A DNA stretch of 46,667 bases from Bacteroidales bacterium. Its GTDB lineage: Bacteria; Bacteroidota; Bacteroidia; Bacteroidales; VadinHA17. The DNA lies in assembly GCA_027067975.1 (NCBI GenBank), contig JAMOUS010000112.1, positions 1-46,667 of the forward strand, written 5' to 3'. Within the stretch, counting starts at the first letter, position 1, and each line of letters opens with the position of its first letter. Shown in pieces: positions 28,681 to 38,260 of the stretch. The translations under genes were made by a program, and so were the position numbers. Below the pieces are notes generated by a model. It had not been told where the DNA came from. It made no database searches and saw only the letters and a program-made list of their open reading frames with translations.

Positions 28681-29100
28681 TTATTGAATGAACCTGATCG
28701 CAAGCGGGTAGTTCCAGAGTTCTCCCTGGGAAGCTTGTACGGCACCGACAATGGGGAAAACGATGGACATCACAGCCACTGCGATCAGTAAGGGGAGCCC
28801 GATCAGCAGGAGGGTGAGGAGCAGGCTGATGACAAGATAGATGATCATGCTGATGATCCAGTTCATGACCATCTTTCCGTGACGGTCGACTTCCGGGAAC
28901 TCTTCCCGGTTGGTGAGCCACATCACCAAAGGCAGGATCAGCCCGGCGAGGGGGGCCAGCCATCCGGCGAGCTGGCTCAGATGGAGGAGCGTCAGGAAAG
29001 AATTCATCTCCATCCCCCACGGCCTGGCCCCGGAAGGGGAGACGGGGTTTTGTGTTTCGCGGGTTTCCTGTGGGGGGGTGGGTCGTCCGGCATTTTCCAT
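28681..29100 (-). CDS. DUF4870-type small membrane protein
   Basis: The C-terminal two-thirds are hydrophobic helices with a pattern like DUF4870 (…MNWIISMIIYLV…FPIVGAVQASQGELWNYPLAIRF). ATG lies at 29100. The track start at 29130 is a TTG that would overlap lptB by 4 nt. Confidence 0.75.
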   Translation of the reverse strand: MENAGRPTPPQETRETQNPVSPSGARPWGMEMNSFLTLLHLSQLAGWLAPLAGLILPLVMWLTNREEFPEVDRHGKMVMNWIISMIIYLVISLLLTLLLIGLPLLIAVAVMSIVFPIVGAVQASQGELWNYPLAIRFIQ

Positions 29101-29126
29101 GGTCGAGGAAGTTTGGTCATGAGAGA

Positions 29127-29858
29127 TCAAGGGTTTTTCCTCAATTCAAAGTTTTTCCCGAGATAGACTTTCCGGACATGTTCATCTTCGGCCAGTTCTT
29201 CGGCTGTGCCGGCTTTCATGATGCGTCCTTCGTAGAGGAGGTAAGCGCGGTCGGTGATGGAGAGGGTTTCGTGAACGTTGTGGTCGGTGATGAGGATGCC
29301 GATGTTCTTGTCCTTGAGGTGGGCGACGATCTCCTGGATATCTTCGACGGCGATGGGGTCGACGCCGGCGAAGGGTTCGTCGAGGAGGATGAAGCGGGGT
29401 TTGAGGGCGAGGGCCCGGGCGATCTCGGTGCGGCGTCGTTCGCCGCCGGAGAGCTGGTTGCCCTTGTTTTTACGGATCTTTTGCAGGCCGAACTCTTCGA
29501 TGAGCGACTCGAGCCTTTCGCGCTGTTCCTCTTTCGGCATATTCGACATCTCCATCACCGAGAGGATATTGTCTTCGACGCTGAGGCCGCGGAAGACGGA
29601 AGCTTCCTGGGCAAGGTAGCCGATCCCCAACCTTGCCCTTTTGTAGACGGGAAGGTTTGTGATCTCCATCTCGTCGAGGAAGATCTTCCCGGAGAGGGGC
29701 CGGATGAGGCCGACGATCATGTAGAAGGTGGTGGTCTTGCCGGCGCCGTTGGGGCCCAGGAGGCCGACGATCTCGCCCTGCTCAAGGGCGATGGAGACGT
29801 GATCCACCACCGTGCGCTTGCGATATTTTTTTACAAGATCCTGTGTCCAGAGTTTCAT
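29127..29858 (-). CDS. lptB: LPS export ABC transporter ATP-binding protein LptB
   Basis: 243 aa with Walker [10 protein letters not shown], signature LSGGERRR, Walker B ILLDEP and an LptB-type C-terminus. Confidence 0.92.
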   Translation of the reverse strand: MKLWTQDLVKKYRKRTVVDHVSIALEQGEIVGLLGPNGAGKTTTFYMIVGLIRPLSGKIFLDEMEITNLPVYKRARLGIGYLAQEASVFRGLSVEDNILSVMEMSNMPKEEQRERLESLIEEFGLQKIRKNKGNQLSGGERRRTEIARALALKPRFILLDEPFAGVDPIAVEDIQEIVAHLKDKNIGILITDHNVHETLSITDRAYLLYEGRIMKAGTAEELAEDEHVRKVYLGKNFELRKNP

Positions 29859-30979
29859 GATTGTTTTTCTTGTTGATCCTCTTCTTCATGGCTGCCGGGG
29901 GGAGGACTTTTTTTCCGTGACCTGGGGGTTTCATCACTGCCCACCACTTCTTGTTCTTCCTCATCCGGAACGCTCCCCTCGCCGGTCATTTCACTGTAGG
30001 GAGGATAGGGGTTGTCGTCAGGCATATCCTGGTTCTCTTCTTCAGGTTCTTCAGGGGTTTGGGGTGGCTCCCCCTGGGAGGGTGTGGCGGCCGGTCCTGC
30101 GGGGGAAGGATCGTGGTTGTGGGGGGCTTCCCCGCCGGACGGGGGTCCGGAGGTGCCCCCGTCCCCACCGTAAAGGCCGTGCTTCTTCATTACGCGGGAG
30201 GAGATCCAGATGCTCACCTCGTAAAGGATCACCAGGGGGATGAAGACAAGGATCTGGCTGAAGACATCGGGAGGGGTGATGATCGCGGCCAGCAGCAGGA
30301 TTACTACGATCGCATGGCGGCGGTAGCGCCGCAGGAAGTCGGGAGTGATCAAACCGATGCGGGTGAGGAAATAGACGATCACCGGCAGCTCGAAGGTGAT
30401 GCCGCCGGCCAGCGTGACGGTGGTGACCGTGGAGATGTAGGAACGCAGGTTGATGCGGTTGATCACCTCCTGGCTTACCGAATAAGAACCCAGGAAATTC
30501 ACGGACAGGGGGGCGATGATATAATAACCGAATAGCACCCCCAGGAGGAAAAGGAGGGAGCTGTAAAAGACCGCCCCGCGGGCATAACGTTTCTCCTTTT
30601 CGTAAAGGGCCGGCCGCATAAAACGCCAGAACTCCCAGAAGACATAGGGGATGGCGACGATCAGACCGGCCAGCAGGGAGACCATGATGTGGGTGGTGAA
30701 CTGCCCTGCCATGTTGATGTTGATGATCTCCAGCGGTTTGCTGTTGATACAGAGCTTGGGGACATGGACAAGCTGCCCCAGCCGGCAGAGCATACGGTTG
30801 GTGAAAAAAGAAGGATCTTTCGGGGCCAGAATGATCCGATCGAAGATGATGTTGTGATAGATGAAAGCCACCACCGCCATGATGAACACCGCCAGGGTGG
30901 AGCGGATCAGGTGCCACCGCAACTCTTCCAAATGTTCCAGAAAGGACATCTCATTGGGATCCTTGCGTTTTCGGGCCAT
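29855..30979 (-). CDS. tatC: Twin-arginine translocase subunit TatC with acidic/Pro-rich C-terminal tail
   Basis: The N-terminal ~260 aa form a six-helix TatC core ([17 protein letters not shown]...). The last ~110 aa are P/E/G/D-rich low complexity. It overlaps lptB by 4 nt. Confidence 0.9.
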   Translation of the reverse strand: MARKRKDPNEMSFLEHLEELRWHLIRSTLAVFIMAVVAFIYHNIIFDRIILAPKDPSFFTNRMLCRLGQLVHVPKLCINSKPLEIININMAGQFTTHIMVSLLAGLIVAIPYVFWEFWRFMRPALYEKEKRYARGAVFYSSLLFLLGVLFGYYIIAPLSVNFLGSYSVSQEVINRINLRSYISTVTTVTLAGGITFELPVIVYFLTRIGLITPDFLRRYRRHAIVVILLLAAIITPPDVFSQILVFIPLVILYEVSIWISSRVMKKHGLYGGDGGTSGPPSGGEAPHNHDPSPAGPAATPSQGEPPQTPEEPEEENQDMPDDNPYPPYSEMTGEGSVPDEEEQEVVGSDETPRSRKKSPPPGSHEEEDQQEKQS

Positions 30980-31167
30980 CGTGACGGGTAAATTGTGGCG
31001 TTTCGGGTTATTGCCTACAAAGAAAAGAAACTTATGAGAATTTCCGGGAGGGTTATTTGAAAATTAGGATCATCTTGTTATATTTATAGTTTTAAGGGAG
31101 ATTTTTTTGTAATTTTGCAGGCTTTTTGGAAAATACAGAAATTTTTGAGGAGGAGGCGAAGAGGAAA

Positions 31168-33360
31168 ATGAGTGTGAGTGCTGAGATCTCATTGCAGGGT
31201 TATTTGAAGAAGTATTTTGGGTTTGACACGTTCAAGGGGAACCAGGAGGTGATCATCCGGAACCTGTTGGACGGCAGGGACACCTTCGTGCTCATGCCTA
31301 CGGGAGGGGGCAAGTCGTTGTGTTATCAGCTGCCTTCTTTGATCCTTCCGGGGACGGCCATTGTGATTTCGCCGTTGATCGCGTTGATGAAGAACCAGGT
31401 GGATGCGATGCGTAACTTCGTGAGTACGGAGGACGGGATCGCCCATTTCCTGAACTCGTCCCTTTCGAAGGCGGCGATTCAGCAGGTGAAACAGGATGTG
31501 CTGGAGGGAAGGACCAGGTTGCTGTATGTGGCGCCGGAATCGCTTACCAAGGAGGAGAACGTTGAGTTTCTACGGCAGGTGAACATTTCGTTCTATGCCG
31601 TGGACGAAGCCCATTGTATCTCGGAATGGGGACATGATTTTCGTCCGGAGTATCGGCGCATCAGGCCGATCATCGAAAAGATCGGGCGGGCCCCGGTGAT
31701 TGCCCTCACCGCGACGGCCACCCCCAAGGTGCAACATGATATTCTGAAGAACCTGGGCATCTTGCATGCCAATGTCTTCAAGTCGTCGTTCAATCGGCCC
31801 AACCTTTACTATGAGGTACGGCCCAAGGTGAACGCTACGAAGGAGATCATTAAGTTCATCAAGGCCAATCCCGGGAAATCGGGGATTATTTACTGTCTGA
31901 GCCGAAAGAAGGTGGAAGAGCTGGCCGAGACACTGCAGGTGAACGGCATCAAGGCGTTGCCTTACCATGCGGGGATGGATTCGGCCACGCGTTCGGCCAA
32001 TCAGGACAAGTTCCTGATGGAGGAGGTGGATGTGATCGTGGCCACGATCGCCTTCGGCATGGGGATTGACAAGCCGGATGTTCGGTTCGTGATCCATTAT
32101 GACATTCCCAAGAGCCTGGAAGGATACTACCAGGAGACGGGGCGGGCCGGCCGCGACGGCGGGGAAGGCAGGTGTATTGCCTTTTACAGCTACAAGGATA
32201 TCCAGAAGCTTGAAAAGTTCATGCAAGGCAAGCCGGTGGCCGAACAGGAGATCGGCAAGCAACTCCTGCTGGAAACCACTGCCTATGCCGAATCGGCTGT
32301 GTGCCGCCGGAAAATGCTGCTTAATTATTTTGGTGAAGATTATACCGAAGAGAACTGTGGTGCTTGTGACAACTGCCTCCACCCCAAAAAACAATTCGAA
32401 GGGAAAGAGTATGTGCTGAAGGCCTTGAAGGTGATCCTTGCGGTGAACGAGAAGTTCAAGGCCGAACATATTGCCAGTATCCTCAGTGGCAAGGCCACTT
32501 CCGGTGTGAAATCCTACCGTCATCATCATCTTGATGTTTTTGGCATCGGCAAGGAGAAGGATACCAAGTTCTGGGGAGCGGTGCTCCGGCAAATGCTGGT
32601 TGCCCACCTGATCGAAAAAGAGATTGAGAATTATGGGTTGCTGAAGGTGACGAAGAAGGGACGGGAGTTCCTTGAGAAGCCGGTTTCGTTCCTGTTGGTT
32701 GAGGACCATGATTATGAGGCGATCGATGAGGACAATGCGGCTGCATCGGGGAAGACGGCCGCGGTGGACGAGGAGTTGCTGAGCATCCTGAAAGACCTCC
32801 GCCGCGACATCGCCAGAAAGAAAAATCTCCCGCCATTTGTGATCTTTCAGGATCCTTCGCTCGAAGACATGGCCATCCAGTATCCGGTGTCGATCGACGA
32901 GCTCAAGAACATCACCGGTGTCGGTCAGGGCAAGGCCCTGCGTTATGGCAAGGAGTTCGTCGAGGTGATCAAAAAGTATGTGGATGAGAAAGAGATCATT
33001 CGGCCCTCCGACATGGTGGTCAAGTCGATCGTCAACAAATCGGGTTTGAAAGTATACATTATCCAGAGCATCGACCGCAAGATCCCGCTCGAAGACATTG
33101 CCAATGCGAAGAACCTGGAAATGGACGAGCTGCTCTCCGAGATCGAGTCGATCGTGCATTCCGGCACCCGGCTCAATCTCGATTATTACATTGACCAGGT
33201 ACTCGACAAGGAGCACCAGGATGAAGTGTTCGAATATTTCCGGGAGGAGGCGGAGGACGAATCGGTGGAGGCCGCCCTGCGCGAATTGGGGGAAGATGAA
33301 TACACCGAAGAGGATATCCGGTTGATGCGGATCAAGTTTTTTTCCGAAATGGGAAACTGA
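31168..33360 (+). CDS. recQ: ATP-dependent DNA helicase RecQ
   Basis: Motifs present: MPTGGGKS, DEAH, the RecQ-Ct zinc-binding Cys cluster (CRRK...CGACDNC) and a C-terminal HRDC-like region. The track start at 31126 is TTG. The first ATG is at 31168. Confidence 0.95.
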   Translation: MSVSAEISLQGYLKKYFGFDTFKGNQEVIIRNLLDGRDTFVLMPTGGGKSLCYQLPSLILPGTAIVISPLIALMKNQVDAMRNFVSTEDGIAHFLNSSLSKAAIQQVKQDVLEGRTRLLYVAPESLTKEENVEFLRQVNISFYAVDEAHCISEWGHDFRPEYRRIRPIIEKIGRAPVIALTATATPKVQHDILKNLGILHANVFKSSFNRPNLYYEVRPKVNATKEIIKFIKANPGKSGIIYCLSRKKVEELAETLQVNGIKALPYHAGMDSATRSANQDKFLMEEVDVIVATIAFGMGIDKPDVRFVIHYDIPKSLEGYYQETGRAGRDGGEGRCIAFYSYKDIQKLEKFMQGKPVAEQEIGKQLLLETTAYAESAVCRRKMLLNYFGEDYTEENCGACDNCLHPKKQFEGKEYVLKALKVILAVNEKFKAEHIASILSGKATSGVKSYRHHHLDVFGIGKEKDTKFWGAVLRQMLVAHLIEKEIENYGLLKVTKKGREFLEKPVSFLLVEDHDYEAIDEDNAAASGKTAAVDEELLSILKDLRRDIARKKNLPPFVIFQDPSLEDMAIQYPVSIDELKNITGVGQGKALRYGKEFVEVIKKYVDEKEIIRPSDMVVKSIVNKSGLKVYIIQSIDRKIPLEDIANAKNLEMDELLSEIESIVHSGTRLNLDYYIDQVLDKEHQDEVFEYFREEAEDESVEAALRELGEDEYTEEDIRLMRIKFFSEMGN

Positions 33361-33371
33361 AGCTCCCCAAT

Positions 33372-36300
33372 ATGTGTTATAAGTTGAAAAAAAAACTCGT
33401 TCTAATTTTTATCGGGTGGTTTTCTCAATTTTCCGTTGCATACTCGCAAAAGTATCCGGCCTTTTTGTTAAATGAAAAAGACGGATTGGATGATAATGTC
33501 GTTCAGTCGATAGCCGTCGACCACAAGGGTTTTTTATGGATAGGAACCAAACGGGGTCTGTCACGTTATGATGGAAACGGGTTCAAAAACTATCATAAGA
33601 GCGACGGGTTGGCGGGAGAGAACATTAAAGCGATTGCCGTCGACGACAATAATCGGATTTTTGTTGGGTGTTGTTCCGAGGGAATCACGATATTGAAAGA
33701 CGGGAAAGTTCAGAGAACCATTAAAATAAGCAATCCCCATGAAAACTCTATAAGAAACTTTCTTTGGGATTCAAAAGGTCAATGTCTTGTATTCGGAACA
33801 GAATGGGGGCTTTATCTTCTGCGTGACAGTGCGTTCACAAAAGTCAAAGTGTCATGTGAACACGAACAGGACGACAAAGGCTGGAAAACGTCGATCGTTA
33901 CGCTTAAACGGTATAAAGGACGGATATTCTTCACGGTCTACGGGAAACACTCCCCCGGATTGTATGAACTGATCCTCGACCCGGATTCTTTAGAAAATTC
34001 AAAAAGCGTTCCTTTTTATTGCCGAAAAGATTTCTGGGCACTGACTTTTTACAAGGATAAAATATTGGCTACCAGTGATACCTTCCTGTATTGTTTTTCA
34101 TTGTCGGGAGAGAAAGCGGGCAATGAGATCCTGTATGCCGATAAGAATCTGAAAAAATGGAGAAATTTATTTTTGCTTCCGGACAATGGGATTATGGTGA
34201 GCAGATTCTTCCCCCCTCATGACCGTTCCGTGATTTTCAATGTTGCCGAGAAAAAAATTGAAGAATTTCCCTGGATAATGCCGGACGAACATATTTACAC
34301 CGTTTTCGTCGACAGCACCCAGAAAATTGTCTGGGTAGGTACCAGTAATGGGATTCTGGCCCTGGAGAAGTCGCCGTTCTCTTACTATGAAACGGTGGGA
34401 TTGGGGGATGTGGTTGACAAAGGTTTTTGGAAAGGGAACCTCTATATTCTCCAAAAAGATGGAATTTATGTTTTGAAAGACGGAGGTGTTGAAAAAATAA
34501 TTTCACGGGAACAGATTCGCCGGGTGTTAAGGGAAAAAGTGAGGAGATATTTTCGGAACAATAAAGGGCGGATGGATTCCATCCTTGCACGGCCCTTAAG
34601 CTTACGAAACTTCGTAACGGATGAAAACATTCTTTATTTAAACACGAGTATCGGATCCATTGAGATCCCCGACATGATGACTTATCAACCTTTTTGTTGC
34701 GGTCGTTTCATTACGACGGACGAGGGGGTGTATCATTTTCGCGATTACAAAAATATATATTTCTACCAGAACGGGGATTTGAGCAAGAAAAGAAAATTCT
34801 TTCCGAAGGATAAGGTTATGTTAAATGTGTCCTTGTTGAGAGGGAGGGATGGTATGGTATACATGCCTACGTATTTTCATGGAATTTTTGCTGCCCGCGG
34901 GGACCGTCTTTATCATTTGGATAAGAACATAGGGGAAGTGGATGCCACACTCAAGGATGCCGATGTCGATTCTAAGGGAGACTTATGGGTCATTTCGGGG
35001 GAAGGAAATCTGTTTCATCTCACCTTTCACGATTCTTTGATCTTGCTTAATATGTTCAACCGATTTAATTCTCCGCTTGTTGGAGAAGATCTAAAATGGC
35101 TGAAATTTCGGAACGGATTATTGTATTTAGCAACGAATAAGGGGCTGAATGTTTTTTCCGAAGAGGATTTGCATTCGGAGAAATTGCAGAAATATTGGTT
35201 TTATAATAAAAATAACGGCTATTTAGATTATTCTACATACAATCCCGTGCCGGGGGAAGGTGAATACATCTTTGTCAATACGAAAAAACAGTTGTTGCGC
35301 ATTGGTCCGCCCGATTTTGAGGAAAAAGATGAAAAGATCGTGATTCGGGAAGTGAGTGTGGACGGTGAGAAAATGAATAATGAACTTTTCCTGGAAGGAA
35401 AAACCAATAACTATTCCCATAAGACACGGAACATCCATCTTGTTTTCTTCCTGATGAAATATCCTTCCGACAGAAATGTGAAATATAAATATCGGATCAA
35501 TAACGGGCCTTGGATCGACAATAACCACGTGACGATTTCTTATCCCAAACCGGGAGAGTATCGGATTTCGTTGGCTGCTAAAGACCTTGAGACAAATAAG
35601 CTATACCACAAAGAATTAAGTGTGGGCATTTCCAGCCCGCTGTGGCATCGATGGTGGTTTGACGTTTTTTCGTTAATTGTTGCTTTCGGGGGAGTCGCTT
35701 TTTTCTTCAAAAAACGTTATGAACATGTTCGAAAGGAAGAAGAGGAAAAAAATCGAATGAGGCGGGAAAGTGCAGGATTGAGGATTCAGGCTCTTCAAAT
35801 GCAAATGAATCCTCATTTTATCTTTAATGCCCTGAACACCATTCAATCTGCAGTATTGCAAAAGGAAAAGGAGGATGTTCTCAATTTCATTGGGGATTTA
35901 TCAATCGTGATCAGGGAAAACCTGGAGAATGTATCGAAAGATTATATTCCCTTGTCCGAAGAAATTGCTTTCCTTCAGAAGTATGTTTCCATAGAACGAT
36001 TCATATTGGGCAAAAAGTTGGATGTTGATTTTTATATTTCGGTTCCGGATCCCGACAATTTGTTGATTCCTCCCATGCTGATTGAGCCGTTGGTGGAAAA
36101 CAGCATCAAACATGGCATACAACCCAAAAAAGAAGGAGGAGAGATAGATATCTGGATTGAGGAAAGAGTAGGCTTTTTGTTGGTTACCATCAAAGATAAT
36201 GGGATCGGTCGGAAGAAGGCGATGGAATTTTCACAACAAACCCATAGGGGTAAAGGGATCTTGTTATTGAAGACCCGACTCCGATATTTAAATCAAAAAA

Positions 36301-36419
36301 ACAATACTTCTACGTATCGAATAGAGTACGAGGATTTGTACGAGAAAGGTAAGCCTGCTGGCACCGAGGTGCGGCTCTATCTTCAGATCATTCAGCGGGA
36401 AGGGAGGCCGAAAGAGTGA
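33372..36419 (+). CDS. Sensor histidine kinase, LytS/YehU type, with periplasmic two-component-regulator propeller repeats and a Y_Y_Y domain
   Basis: 1015 aa with a signal peptide. It has Reg_prop-like repeats (GFLWIGTKRGLSRYDG), a Y_Y_Y-like block (KYKYRINNGPWID...GEYRI) and one TM helix. It also has MNPHFIFNALNTIQ (PF06580-type His kinase motif) and HATPase N/G boxes (EPLVENSIKHG, DNGIG). Confidence 0.9.
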   Translation: MCYKLKKKLVLIFIGWFSQFSVAYSQKYPAFLLNEKDGLDDNVVQSIAVDHKGFLWIGTKRGLSRYDGNGFKNYHKSDGLAGENIKAIAVDDNNRIFVGCCSEGITILKDGKVQRTIKISNPHENSIRNFLWDSKGQCLVFGTEWGLYLLRDSAFTKVKVSCEHEQDDKGWKTSIVTLKRYKGRIFFTVYGKHSPGLYELILDPDSLENSKSVPFYCRKDFWALTFYKDKILATSDTFLYCFSLSGEKAGNEILYADKNLKKWRNLFLLPDNGIMVSRFFPPHDRSVIFNVAEKKIEEFPWIMPDEHIYTVFVDSTQKIVWVGTSNGILALEKSPFSYYETVGLGDVVDKGFWKGNLYILQKDGIYVLKDGGVEKIISREQIRRVLREKVRRYFRNNKGRMDSILARPLSLRNFVTDENILYLNTSIGSIEIPDMMTYQPFCCGRFITTDEGVYHFRDYKNIYFYQNGDLSKKRKFFPKDKVMLNVSLLRGRDGMVYMPTYFHGIFAARGDRLYHLDKNIGEVDATLKDADVDSKGDLWVISGEGNLFHLTFHDSLILLNMFNRFNSPLVGEDLKWLKFRNGLLYLATNKGLNVFSEEDLHSEKLQKYWFYNKNNGYLDYSTYNPVPGEGEYIFVNTKKQLLRIGPPDFEEKDEKIVIREVSVDGEKMNNELFLEGKTNNYSHKTRNIHLVFFLMKYPSDRNVKYKYRINNGPWIDNNHVTISYPKPGEYRISLAAKDLETNKLYHKELSVGISSPLWHRWWFDVFSLIVAFGGVAFFFKKRYEHVRKEEEEKNRMRRESAGLRIQALQMQMNPHFIFNALNTIQSAVLQKEKEDVLNFIGDLSIVIRENLENVSKDYIPLSEEIAFLQKYVSIERFILGKKLDVDFYISVPDPDNLLIPPMLIEPLVENSIKHGIQPKKEGGEIDIWIEERVGFLLVTIKDNGIGRKKAMEFSQQTHRGKGILLLKTRLRYLNQKNNTSTYRIEYEDLYEKGKPAGTEVRLYLQIIQREGRPKE

Positions 36420-36425
36420 GTCACA

Positions 36426-37082
36426 TCACTGCAACCCGGCCTTCACGACATGCAGGTGAAGGGAGTCTCCCTCTTTTTTCAGTTGATAGTGAACGACCGC
36501 TTCACCCCCCGTGGGATCTGCATTGGGATCCCCTGTGCGGTATAGGGGGAAAATGACGGTGATCTCATTTTTACCGACGGTGATCCCTTCATGGCCGCGG
36601 TAACCTTCGCGCACTTTTCCGGGGATGTCGGGATCGTCGATGAAGTTGTCGACCGTCATTCTTTTCAGCTTTTGTGGCAGGATCTGATAGGCCAGGAGGG
36701 TGGCATACGCCCCTGACCCGGCACTGCGGAGGAGGATGTAAAGTTCCGGGATGGAATCACTGTCGAGGTCGCTGATCACCACTTTTTCGACCGGGTCGGA
36801 GCCGTCCATTCGGATGGTGTCTTTCGATGCTTGTCCGGAGAAAACGATAAGCAGATTGCCGATACTGCACCCCAATGACTTATCCTCGTGGATTCTGAGA
36901 TCTCCCGAGCCGGGGAAGGAGGCCTGCCAGATCAGTGTGTTGCCTGCTGTGTCGGGCTGTATGGAGACCGGATAAGAGGACACGGGAGATTGTGCGGGTT
37001 TATCATTGTTTTCCTTGCAGGCCTGGGCAAAAAGAAATATGGAAAGGAAAACGAGAGGGATGGCGGGACGAAGTTTTTTCAT
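36426..37082 (-). CDS. Hypothetical lipoprotein
   Basis: The ATG at 37082 gives MKKLRPAIPLVFLSIFLFAQAC (lipobox), 218 aa, with an FG-GAP-like DLDSDSIPELY segment. The longer track ORF reads through the tRNA gene and is an artefact. Confidence 0.7.
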   Translation of the reverse strand: MKKLRPAIPLVFLSIFLFAQACKENNDKPAQSPVSSYPVSIQPDTAGNTLIWQASFPGSGDLRIHEDKSLGCSIGNLLIVFSGQASKDTIRMDGSDPVEKVVISDLDSDSIPELYILLRSAGSGAYATLLAYQILPQKLKRMTVDNFIDDPDIPGKVREGYRGHEGITVGKNEITVIFPLYRTGDPNADPTGGEAVVHYQLKKEGDSLHLHVVKAGLQ

Positions 37083-37160
37083 GTCATGGCAGGATCTTTC
37101 CGTTTTTTCGAAAGATACAAAAAAGCAAAAAAACCCGCCAGCACTCTGACGGGTCTCTCG

Positions 37161-37234
<74 letters not shown>

Positions 37235-37247
37235 ATGTTTCGGACCA

Positions 37248-37278
37248 CAAAGATAGGATCTTTTTGCAAAATTGCAAA
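37248..37278 (-). promoter_or_regulatory. Bacteroidota-type promoter for the initiator tRNA
   Basis: On the minus strand: TTTG (37278-37275), a 19-nt spacer, then TATCTTTG (37255-37248). The -7 box ends 13 nt before the tRNA 5' end. Confidence 0.5.
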
Positions 37279-37391
37279 ACCTTTCCCGGTAAAAAATGCA
37301 ATGATTCAAAGGGATATTCCCCGAGGAAGAAGATATCCAAGCTAAGGAAAAATTGTTTAGGTTTGTTGGTTCATTCATAAGTCCCTGAACG

Positions 37392-38255
37392 ATGGACAAA
37401 GAGAAGAAAAAGCAGAGGAGTTGGACCGAGAAGCTCCGGCTCACGCTCTCGAGGGAAGAGACCTTTGAGGAGATCTGGAACATCCGCGTGACGCGTGCCG
37501 GTTTCACGGCGGCCCTTTTTTCGTTCATTTTGGGTATCGTAATGATCGTCTCCCTGTTGATTGCCTTTACGGATCTGCGGGAGTTGATCCCGGGCTATCC
37601 GGATGTAACGGTACGGGAAGACATTGTCCGCAATGCGATCCTGCTTGATTCGCTGGAGCATGAGATCAAGTTGCGGGATATGTATCTGGAGAACATCCGC
37701 AAGATCATTTCCGGGGAGACGCCTGACAACTTCACCAGTGATGCGGACACGTTGGTGAGTGTGGACAAGATCGATTTCACCCGGTCGCCGGAGGATTCCC
37801 TGTTACGCCAGCAGATCGAATCGGAGGAAGAGTTCAACCTCTCGGTGATGCGCGAGCCGAAAGGGCGTCAGATCGATCTTTCCCGCATTGCGTTCTTCCC
37901 CCCGGTGAAGGGGATCGTTTCGGCCCACTTTGACCCGGCCCGCGGACATTTCGCCACGGATATTGTAGGCAGTCCCGGCGATGTGGTTCATGCCGTATTG
38001 GATGGGACGGTGGTGTTCACCGGCTGGACGCTGGAGACAGGGTATGTGATGGTGATCCAGCATGCAGGCAATTTGCTCTCGGTCTATAAACACAACAGCA
38101 AATTATTGAGAAAAAGCGGGACGGTGGTGACCGCCGGGGAAGATATCGCGCTGATCGGAACCACGGGGGAGTTGTACACGACCGGCCCGCATCTTCATTT
38201 TGAGCTGTGGTATGAAGGGCGGCCGCTCGATGCCGAGAAATACATTGTTTTTTAG
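37392..38255 (+). CDS. M23 family metallopeptidase (membrane-anchored)
   Basis: 287 aa with an N-terminal TM helix. M23 motifs are present: HFATDIV... and GTTGELYTTGPHLHFELW. Confidence 0.9.
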   Translation: MDKEKKKQRSWTEKLRLTLSREETFEEIWNIRVTRAGFTAALFSFILGIVMIVSLLIAFTDLRELIPGYPDVTVREDIVRNAILLDSLEHEIKLRDMYLENIRKIISGETPDNFTSDADTLVSVDKIDFTRSPEDSLLRQQIESEEEFNLSVMREPKGRQIDLSRIAFFPPVKGIVSAHFDPARGHFATDIVGSPGDVVHAVLDGTVVFTGWTLETGYVMVIQHAGNLLSVYKHNSKLLRKSGTVVTAGEDIALIGTTGELYTTGPHLHFELWYEGRPLDAEKYIVF

Positions 38256-38260
38256 GAGCG

